Positions 1 through 7,953 of a stretch of 64,000 nt of DNA are shown in pieces. The notes below the pieces were generated by a model. That model was given only the letters and a program-made list of their open reading frames with translations, made no database searches and was not told where the DNA came from. Origin of the DNA: Vulcanimicrobiota bacterium (lineage in GTDB: Bacteria; Vulcanimicrobiota; Vulcanimicrobiia; Vulcanimicrobiales; Vulcanimicrobiaceae); NCBI GenBank assembly GCA_963833095.1, contig CAWHWQ010000002.1, positions 1 to 64,000 on the forward strand. The letters are read 5' to 3'. Every line of letters starts with the position of its first letter. Position 1 is the first letter of the stretch. The position numbers and the translations under genes were made by a program.

Positions 1-921
1 GGCTCGTGAGAATACCGAGGGCCGCAACCGCGTCTCGATTCTCATCGCCACGTCTAGCTCACTCGCTAGTTTTTCCTGAGTTACCGATGCGCGGTTCTTA
101 GCTTCGGAGGCGAAGCGCGCGACGTGACCGCCGACAACGGCGGGATCAAGGGTCGTCACATAGTCTCCGGCTTTTGAACCCTCGATGCTGCCTGCCGCAG
201 CACGCGTATCAGTGAGCATGTCACCACAAGCACGAGCTACCGGACTAGCGATCGAGAAGAAGAACTCCTCGAGTGACGCTCCCGCGTGGCTGGGATCGCG
301 TCTTTTTGCCGAGGAAAGTGTCATCACATCCTCTACCTTGGCGGTGAGCGTCGCCAGGGCATTCGCAAGAGCGGTGACCTTTTTATCAAGGATCCCGACG
401 GCAGAAGCCTCGTTATTGACGTTCATGATGCCGCTGATTTCGTTAAGGAGGCCTTTAGCCGGCTTCATCAGATCCGCCATCAAGGCTTGGCGAAGCACGA
501 GCATTGCCGGGCTTTTTTCCGATCGAGCTGACGGGACAACTCCCGACAAAAGCCATTTATTGCTTTAGTGAGCTTGCCGTCTTCGGCAAGGTAAGTCGTC
601 TCCAGCGCCTTAATTTGCTGCGCGTGATTTTCGCCTACGACCCCGAGACGGTCGACAACCGTTCTCGCAGCCGCGTCCATCTGATCTGTAAGATGCACAA
701 TTGCGGCTTCACTCCGCTGACTAATAAGGATGCGAAGGCCTATGTCAAGCGCACACTCGCACGTACCTAAGCGCGACTCCGCGGGAAGTTCGCGACATAC
801 TGAAATAGCAGCGGTTCTCGCACTTCAGTGTGGACACGAAAGGCCGTATGACTAAGTCGATTTTGGCCGTAAAGGCCAGAGCACCGTTGTCCGGCGTATG
901 AATGTCGATCCGATTCTTCAT
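1..921 (-). CDS. Coiled-coil protein with C-terminal PD-(D/E)XK-like motif (RmuC/DUF2130-like); runs off window, several apparent indels
   Basis: ATG at 921 behind GAGGAG. Joined frames read MKNRIDIH..EVREPLLFQY..ALDIGLRILISQ..HLTDQMDAAART..TYLAEDGKL..HAGASLEEFFF..SKAGDYV..RFASEAKNR..ELDVAM; GD...EAK resembles a nuclease-fold motif. Confidence 0.5.
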
Positions 922-926
922 CTTCT

Positions 927-1151
927 CCTCGGCAAATGTAGGCTTCAGTTGATAGAGGGAAGAGCGCCTCGGGACGCCCTGCTGAACAAAGCGATCACGA
1001 GTTGTTAGCGAAAGCGCTTCCCTCTTGGTTTTTCTGCCTTTGCCGAGGCATCCGCTGATCAAAATAGCGGCACTGTTACGGTTTGATCGTCAGTCCCGGC
1101 GCCCGTGTTTGCGAGACGCTCCACAGTGTCCGTTTGAGCTTCGGTCCTCAA
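927..1151 (-). promoter_or_regulatory. Structured 5' leader occluding the ribosome-binding site
   Basis: Nested inverted repeats 927-936/1039-1048 (CCTCGGCAAA/TTTGCCGAGG) and 954-962/1017-1025 (AGAGGGAAG/CTTCCCTCT); further hairpins at about 1052-1070 and 1132-1151. Confidence 0.45.
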
Positions 1152-1164
1152 ATGAGGTACGCGC

Positions 1165-1793
1165 TCATGGCTCAGCTAGCACATTGTCCGCAGTGCGCGC
1201 AACACGTTCTCGTCTCTGTTCGACAATGGCATCCACAATCGACCCCGTAACCTCATCCCACGAGATCTCCGTTTCCGATCCTAATCGACCGCGATCAAGG
1301 CCTGCATAGACCGCCTGTTTAACTGGCTGACGTAGATGTTGTCTTGCGGAGCCAATTTCTTCTCCACGACTTCAGTCAACGCACCCTGCCGCACTCGGAC
1401 GAGGAGGCGCAAGTTGTTCGGGTCGAGCGCGATGAGTCGAAGGACGTCGTCGACTGCTTTGCTTTGCACAGCGGTAGCGTTCTCCCATCGCACCACCGTC
1501 TTTTGACCAACGCCCAATGCCTCTTCTAGCTCCGTCTGCGAAAGCATCAGGGCCCGACGCAACGATTGTATTTCCTCACCGGTTAGCAGGCCCTCCGCGC
1601 GGCGCCGTGCATCAATGGCCCTTCTTGCGTGGACTCGACTCTGTTCATCAGTGAAGTACTCTTCGCCGCAGCTTTCGCACTTCATGAAACGGTCAGCCTT
1701 GATCGACAATAGCGTTCCATTAAGCAGAGCGGGGCGGTCCTCCACGACCTCGCGCGCCGTTCCAGTTTCACAATTAACGCATGGTTCGATCAT
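1165..1793 (-). CDS. mqsA: MqsA-family antitoxin (zinc ribbon + Xre HTH) with C-terminal extension
   Basis: CVNC...CESCGEEYF zinc ribbon, then LLTGEEIQSLRRALMLSQTELEEALGVGQKTVVRWE HTH. ORF stops at 1281 as given; a 1-nt shift extends it to the TGA at 1165. Confidence 0.8.
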
Positions 1794-2159
1794 AATATGT
1801 ATTCCGCTTAAAGCTAAGGATGAAGAGGAGTTTTGAAGATTCACCAGTTCCGACGACTTTTATTTTTACGTACACCTGCAAGCGTTGACTTGCGCGTCGT
1901 AGACGTCGAGTTCTCGCCAGGACGCTTATCCGAGTCGACGGTTTCAATAAACTGGCATTGGGAGCCGCCTAAGACCCGCGAGGGTCGTCCAATGACGTCC
2001 GGTGGATGGCCGAGGTCCAAACACCCGTCGAGGGCGACGCGAGTCACGCGTCGGGCTGAGGGATCGGCGGCAAGCTTCCGGACCTCCGCGGGGTCGTAGT
2101 ACGATTGGCCGGAATGGTTCAAGGGCGGGAAACTTCCGGCGATCGGATGGCGGTTCCAT
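1774..2159 (-). CDS. mqsR: MqsR-like mRNA interferase toxin (apparent indels)
   Basis: Joined frames give YDPAEVRKLA..FIETVDS..LDVYD..QVYVKIKV..LFILSFK, matching the MqsR pattern DVY..QVYLKI..IVSFK; lies directly upstream of and overlaps mqsA. Confidence 0.7.
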
Positions 2160-2164
2160 AGTCA

Positions 2165-2195
2165 GATGGTAGCAAATTGCTACCATCGCCGTCAA
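2165..2195 (-). promoter_or_regulatory. sigma70 promoter with overlapping palindromic operator (TA autoregulation); leaderless transcript likely
   Basis: TTGACG (2195-2190), 18-nt spacer, TACCAT (2171-2166), ATG 6 nt later; palindrome GATGGTAGCAA-A-TTGCTACCATC with perfect 11-bp arms at 2165-2187. Confidence 0.8.
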
Positions 2196-2355
2196 GGCCT
2201 GTGCCGGTGCTTGCTTGACTTGCTTGGCGTCGCGTTCGGGCGCTCAGCGCACCACGCAGCCTTTTCTTCGCGGAGCATGTTAGCGTTCTGGTCCCGCGCT
2301 CCGTCAGACGAGCGAGCAGAACTCAAACGTTCCGGCCGCACCCTAGGCAAGCTGC

Positions 2356-2734
2356 TCACGCTTCGTAGTCCGCGCACTCTGACTGCATTAACCGACGTGC
2401 CGCATGCAAAATCCGCATTCGTCTCTTCCGAAAAATTGTCGCGCAGCACATTGCCGGAGCCAGATCGCCAAGCGACGTGTTCGCGCCCTTGAACCACGGT
2501 TGCACGGCAAGAGGACCGCACGTTGCAGCGATCATGCTTGCGATACGATACGCAAAGCGCAGCCTGAGGCTCACGCTCCGGCCGGCGTTCGCCGGCAACC
2601 CACTGCGTTACACTTCGCTCGTTCTTTACGTTGCCAACGGTTCCGGTCACGACCACACCGGCAAGACCGACAAGTTTCTTCACGACGGTCCCAATCGGCA
2701 GTCGATAAGCGTCGATTTCGTGTGCGTCACTCAT
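2356..2734 (-). CDS. HTH / Xre-MbcA-ParS-like antitoxin-type protein (apparent indels)
   Basis: VVKKLVGLAG..NVKNERSVTQWVAGERRP..LRFAYRIASMI..VQPWFKGANTSLGDLAPA; the WF.G.N..L....P pattern is typical of the toxin-binding domain. Confidence 0.55.
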
Positions 2735-3167
2735 TGCTCGTCTCGCCGACACTCTACGCCTAATCGGATCCCCGCCCGGAATCAGTTCGTGGAGCGAGCG
2801 AACGAAGTCGTACATCGGGTCCGCGCCTTCCGTTCGCAAAACTTCAAGCATACTTCGATTGTCGAGGCCCGCGAGTTTCTCGCGGGCCACCGTTGCGAGG
2901 CGCTCGGCCTTGAAGATCCGGTTGAGGTAGATGGCGAGTTCGGCGACGCGATCAACATCGGCGGCGTAACGAATCGGTACCCCCACCGAAAGCCACTGCT
3001 CGATAGCCCGACGCCGCACACCAAAGAGTTGTCCGAGTTCTGCCGTGACAGCTGAAGACTTTTTGCACCGTAAACAGCGACCGTGCACCACGTCGGCGAA
3101 ACGCGCGCGCAAACGCCCGCGCCATCGCGTCCGGCGTAAGCCGAATGCGGAGCGCGGTGGCGCTCAA
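2735..3167 (-). CDS. HTH / Xre-MbcA-ParS-like antitoxin-type protein
   Basis: AELGQLFGVRRRAIEQWLSVGVP HTH followed by REKLAGLDNRSMLEVL; in frame with the downstream domain as sequenced, so boundaries are uncertain. Confidence 0.5.
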
Positions 3168-3171
3168 GTGT

Positions 3172-4510
3172 CTACGTCTTTGCATAAAGACTCTTTGGCT
3201 TAGTGAGGCTTGAGAGAGATCTGGCCAAGCCTCTTATTTCGGGATGCTTCAGGTTCAAGAGACGCGACATCAGTGCGGCGATATCGCGGCCGAACGGATC
3301 GTCTACGGCAGGCACGACCCGGACCCTCCCTCCCCTACGCCGCAACTCGAGCAACCCATCGTCTAGCAGATGGCGCACGGCGTTCTGTGCCTTCTGATAC
3401 CGAATTCCAAGAGCAGTAGCAAGTTGACCATAGGTAACGCTACCCGCGGCATGCACGAGCAGCAAACTTTGGCTTTTCCTATTTCTCTTGAACAACCATG
3501 GCTTTCGCGCTCCGGCTGCGTAGTTGATGCTTTTCTCGATCCCGCCATCGATCTGCACATTCCAAGTCGGAGCGTTAGAGAGCACAGCGATTTTTCGACC
3601 CAGCTCCGCGATCTCTTTAAACGCCGGATACGACGGGTCCAATGAGAACCAGCGCCATCTTCGCCCGTCCTGCGCAAACAATCGAACGAGCCCAATTCTC
3701 TGTAAGAGCCCAAGATCGCAATACACTGTGGCCTTGGTAAGACCGGTGGCCTTAATTAAATGGCTGTAGCTGCTAGGTCCGTTCGAGGCAAGAAGCGCGA
3801 TCAGCTTTGTTCTGGTTCGGGTTCCAAAAATGGTTGGCACTCGCTGGAATTGTACTTTCGGTTTAGGACTTGAAGCTTGCGCCAGCGACCCAATCTTCCG
3901 AAGTAACCGACAAAGCGCTCTGCACAGTTTCGTATTGCTATATTGGTATGTACCCTTCGATGCTTTGACAAGTCCATCTGCCAAAAGCCGTTCTACGACG
4001 GAATAAAAGTGGTTGCGATCGACGCCGGAACTCCGAATGATCTCTCCCGCCGTACAATGCTTGAGCATTGCCAACAGCACGGCCGTTCGTCCTTTGCTGC
4101 CGAATAGGGTGGCGAGTGCACCAGCCGGGCTTAACGCGTTTCCGGAGCTTGGGCGGTCGATGTGTGGACGCGAGAAGGATACGCGGTCTAGATACACTCG
4201 CAAGCGCTAGACAGAGCGCTCGTAGGTCCTTTGCCCAAGGGTGAGAGTCATTCAGAGATATGACTCTTCGCGTCCCTTTCTTCACGCTCGAGAGAACAAG
4301 CCCTGATCGCAGAAGCGGCCCCAGGAGCCTTTCGAATTTAGCGACCTCTGCGTTTCCCGCGCTCGCGCGAAGCTCGTAACTGTACATAGGCCCTGCAACT
4401 GCAAGCGTAGCGAGAACCCGTTCGCGCACCCCGCGACCGAATACCCACGGCATTCGGCACGATGAATCGCCCTCCTGAAGAACCTCGTATCGAATTTGCC
4501 CTCTCGGCAT
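3172..4510 (-). CDS. Protein with four tandem winged-helix domains (frameshift near 4200)
   Basis: Units begin PWVFGRGVRERVL, ATLFGSKGRTAVL, PTIFGTRTRTKLI and PWLFKRNRKSQSL, each followed by an HTH and L...GL[VL] wing; ORFs 3938-4510 and 3172-4203 joined. Confidence 0.65.
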
Positions 4511-4622
4511 CTGTCACCGCCTGGGAACTCACAACAATCCTGACTCTAGAATATTCAGCCGAATGCCACCAGTGCGACACAAAGATTTCGGATCAGCGCA
4601 AAATCCGTATGGCTCCATCTGT

Positions 4623-4690
4623 ATGACCCGACACGCATGTCGGGACACGCATGTCGGGACACGCATGTCGGGACACGCATGTCAGGTCAT
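4623..4690. repeat. Tandem 14-bp palindromic repeat x4
   Basis: GACACGCATGTCGG at 4630, 4644, 4658 and a partial copy at 4672; each holds GACA-N4-TGTC; array framed by ATGACC...GGTCAT. Confidence 0.95.
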
Positions 4691-4724
4691 CTGTGCGCTC
4701 GCGCGCCGAGCATGTTCCGCAATG

Positions 4725-4786
4725 TCCAAATTGGTCACGCTTCTCCAAATTGGTGACTCGTCTCCAAATTGGTGACTCGTCTCCAA
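4725..4786. repeat. Tandem 19-bp repeat x3 plus a partial copy
   Basis: TCCAAATTGGTCACGCTTC (4725), TCCAAATTGGTGACTCGTC (4744, 4763), TCCAA (4782); core CCAA-A-TTGG is palindromic. Confidence 0.95.
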
Positions 4787-4849
4787 GTCGTTCGCGCAAC
4801 GTCTAAAGTGTTGCAAAACTTGTGAAGACAGTCTAAACTGCATGTAATC

Positions 4850-5074
4850 GTGATTACCGACACTTCAAAGTGTTCAGCAGCCAGTGAAGAGCAGCAGCAC
4901 GCCGATAAGGATGCATTCCCACTCTCGGAAGCAGCTGCGCGGTTGGGGATCTCCCTGCGGGCGGCGCGGAATGCTGCGCGCAAGGGCGATCTCCCAGCAC
5001 TGCGCATCGGCCGGCGATTTTTCATCCTGCGCAAGCGCTTTGAAGAGCTAATCGGTAACACCAATAGAACATAG
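4850..5074 (+). CDS. Excisionase-like HTH DNA-binding protein
   Basis: FPLSEAAARLGISLRAARNAARKGDLPALRIGRRFFI is a typical Xis/HTH_17 pattern. Confidence 0.8.
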   Translation: MITDTSKCSAASEEQQHADKDAFPLSEAAARLGISLRAARNAARKGDLPALRIGRRFFILRKRFEELIGNTNRT

Positions 5075-5103
5075 CCCTCGGAATCCGGGGTCTTTTTCTT
5101 TTT
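5075..5103 (+). terminator. Probable intrinsic terminator
   Basis: GC hairpin CCCTCGGAATCCGGGG followed by TCTTTTTCTTTTT directly after the stop codon. Confidence 0.6.
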
Positions 5104-5150
5104 AGGAGATTTTTCAGGGAACCGAAGCAACTAGTCAATCGCATTTACCT

Positions 5151-5385
5151 CGGCCCGTCCTGAAATCAAGAAAGCCTCTGCGAGTGCAATCGCAACGGCT
5201 TTCAGGTGGGCCGGTACCGCGTCAACGCTAGTACGATGGGCGCGGAACTTCTAACCTGCTCTCAGGATACCATCCCGAGAGCTTGAGGGCAACATGTCCC
5301 TTCCGTATCGTTCAGCGTGCCTATGGCTGCACAACAGCAACGGGCACAAATCTCTTGAACTGGCTGGCGACGCTGGGACGGAGCC
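5151..5385 (+). ncRNA. Candidate structured RNA upstream of the transposase
   Basis: Stems 5151-5165/5200-5213, 5170-5176/5197-5203, 5258-5282, and nested 5302-5306/5378-5382, 5310-5314/5356-5360, 5317-5321/5343-5347. Confidence 0.35.
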
Positions 5386-5400
5386 GCGCGGTCTACACGG

Positions 5401-6959
5401 ATGAATCGCAGTAGCGGGGACCGCGAACGCAACAAGCCCGCTCACGCTATAGCGAGCACCAAGAGTGCGTCTGACTCCGATGCGCCAGAGATCGAGTTCC
5501 ATCGGCCTCGCGGCTGTTACACGAAGCTGCAGCGAGAAGGCCTTCAGCTTTCAGCATCAGCCGACATCCAACACTTAGCTGGCGGAACCTATACCATCGC
5601 CATACCCGGCGTCTTTACCTACGCGGTAGTCGTTCCCGAAGGCCGGTGCACATGCGATCGCTATCGTACAGCGCGGCCCAGGATTTGGTGTGAGCATGTT
5701 TGGGCGATATTCTATTTCCTCGATCCTCCGACCCAAGATGAATTCCAGATTCCAGAACATGGGGCGGCCCTTGCGCCGGCAATTGACGCTTCTCCGGAAA
5801 GAGGTATGTCAGCAGCGGCGTTGCGCGCAGTCGACTTAGCATCCATACCGATCGGCGGATGGACGAAGTTTAGGTCAGCATATGAAAAGGCGATTCAGGG
5901 TGAGTTCGGTGATGTTATGGATCTCTTCCTTATAGTTGTAAGGCAATACGCAGGAGATAGCCTTTGGAAACCCCCTGGCGAAGAAAAGCGCGGCCGACAC
6001 TCATATCCGCTGTGGCTCATGCTGTTTGCACACTTCTTGCACACCTTCAACAATCTGACGCTGCGCGGTACACAGGGCCTCCTTGTGTTCCTTGCGCGAG
6101 TGGGATACCTTGACGCTCACGCCACGCCGGCTTTTGCAGCCATAGGAGCATTCATTAGAAGCTCTTCTACGAGTCTGATCATCAATGACCTGATGTACCT
6201 GTTTGCATCCCCATTCAGAAGCAGAACGAAGCTACGCCTCGGCGCAGACGGCACCGGATGGAGTCAAGCAAGTACGGAGATCACCGTAAAGAGCACCGAG
6301 ACAAGAAAGAGGAAGCTAGAGAGCATGTTTGGTGGCGCACGGTATTCATCTCAGACGTCGATCAGCTCTTCGTAGTGAGCGCCTGGGTTACAAACGAGGA
6401 TATTGGGGAAGGGCGAATACTCAAAAGCCTACTACCCGGGCTCGTCGATCGCGGGTGGGAAATCGGACCGTTTCTTCTTGATGCCGGTTTTGATGACACG
6501 TTACTTCGCGATCAGCTGATCGAGATGGGCATTGAACCTTTTGTTCCCTACAGAGATGGCCGAGTCAATGCAATACCGCGAAAACACCGCAACAAGGTCA
6601 AGCATCCGGATAGGCTAGAGGAGTGTTTTCACGCGTTTAATCACTACGACGCTCAATTCAAGCCGGTGTTCCGATTTAGAGTCAAGGAAGAGTGCTGTAT
6701 TGCCTCTGTTAAGACGCGATTCTCGTCCTACGTTCGATCAGATTGCGAAGTCGGAGCGCGGAACGAGATCCTCATGATGTTCTGTTGTAATAATCTGCGA
6801 ATCCTAAATATTGGGCTTTCGGTCCTAGATGCGATCAAGAAGGCGGAATCACGCGCAGGCGACGGTCGCGCTCGCGCTATCGGATCTCGCTCGCGCGGGT
6901 TCCGCATCGCGCCGAACAATCAACTAAGCCTTATGGATCTGAACGTAGCTTCGCCATAA
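5401..6959 (+). mobile_element. DDE transposase (IS4/IS5-like fold) with N-terminal SWIM zinc finger; frameshift near 6260
   Basis: CTC..CEH SWIM motif; GADGTG (D1), LLDAGFD (D2), FRFRVKEE..VKTRF (E with R/K signature), RNEIL..CNNLR. Confidence 0.75.
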
Positions 6960-7058
6960 CGCGATCGATTAGTCCTGCGGTGGCGCGTGGCGCGACACGC
7001 CTGCGCCGTCTGCCACCGCCGCTTAAATCAGTACCGGCCGCGCTAGATGTTTCGCTTG

Positions 7059-7868
7059 CTATTTCTCCTTGCTCTTCCCTAAGTACGGAGATCCATCGAC
7101 GTTATAGATAGGCATGCCATCGGTGAGGTTCGTTTTACCGTCTAGACCCCGCAGCATTTCTCTCCATTTAGAAACATGCACAAGAGCCTCTTCCAACGAA
7201 CGCGTATGATGCCCCTCGGCAACGGCTAAGCCAATGATCGACATACCGCTTGCTGTCGAAATTCTCAAGTCTTTGTCACCAGGAGCGCGGGCTGCGATCA
7301 GATATCGTTGAGTCTCTTGTCGTATTTCGTTCTCGCAATCGGATCGTAGCTTGGAGATCTGCTCCCGTGCCAAGTCAAGGACCCGTTGCCCAAATCCAAC
7401 GGCCTCCTCACGTGTTGGAATCTTCCCCTTATGAATAACCTTATTGCGAAAGTTTACGTCCTTGATGGAAAGCAGCGAGGGAGCCTCGCCATAATGAGCT
7501 GACCATGAAGCGATGAAAGCCCCTAATTGCCTCTCAGAGAGGTCGTTCATGGGCTTCCAGGTCTCATCAAAGAGAGCCGGCTTGCCCGGTTGCATCTTCA
7601 GGAGCAACACGCGCATTGCGAACTCACAGAAGCGTTCAAGACAGGATGCAAATGAGGTTACTGCTTCCCTGTAGTATCCATCATTTATGGCGTTTGCCCC
7701 TATTTCGAAGAGCACCTCAAACTTCTGTGCCTGGAGGATCGTAACGGTTTTATGCCCTTTGGAACAGGTAAATTCATAGCGACCTGAATCCTGATAGCCA
7801 ACGAGTGTAAAGCCACTCGGCACCCCATCTTGTATCTGGCATTCCATGCACGGGATCATCAACAGCAT
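7059..7868 (-). CDS. Zinc-ribbon + HEPN-like protein
   Basis: CMEC...CSKGH N-terminus; GYYREAVTSFASCLERFCE helix; FRNKVIH (R-X4-H) motif. Confidence 0.6.
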   Translation of the reverse strand: MLLMIPCMECQIQDGVPSGFTLVGYQDSGRYEFTCSKGHKTVTILQAQKFEVLFEIGANAINDGYYREAVTSFASCLERFCEFAMRVLLLKMQPGKPALFDETWKPMNDLSERQLGAFIASWSAHYGEAPSLLSIKDVNFRNKVIHKGKIPTREEAVGFGQRVLDLAREQISKLRSDCENEIRQETQRYLIAARAPGDKDLRISTASGMSIIGLAVAEGHHTRSLEEALVHVSKWREMLRGLDGKTNLTDGMPIYNVDGSPYLGKSKEK

Positions 7869-7953
7869 AGAGGCTGCCTCATTCCATCAGATTTTGAACC
7901 AAACTGACCGCGACGGAAGTCCCGATTCGGCACCAGCGACAGTTCGCCGTTAT

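Noticed and set aside
4623..4786. CRISPR array
   Set aside because: Units are short (14 and 19 bp), directly abutting with no unique spacers, and no cas genes are visible.
6250..6275. Programmed frameshift in the transposase
   Set aside because: No slippery A-run at the junction, and similar indels occur throughout the window.
5209..7039. Terminal inverted repeats GGCCGGTAC/GTACCGGCC around the transposase
   Set aside because: Only 9 bp, GC-rich, does not extend inward, and no flanking target duplication is seen; could be chance.
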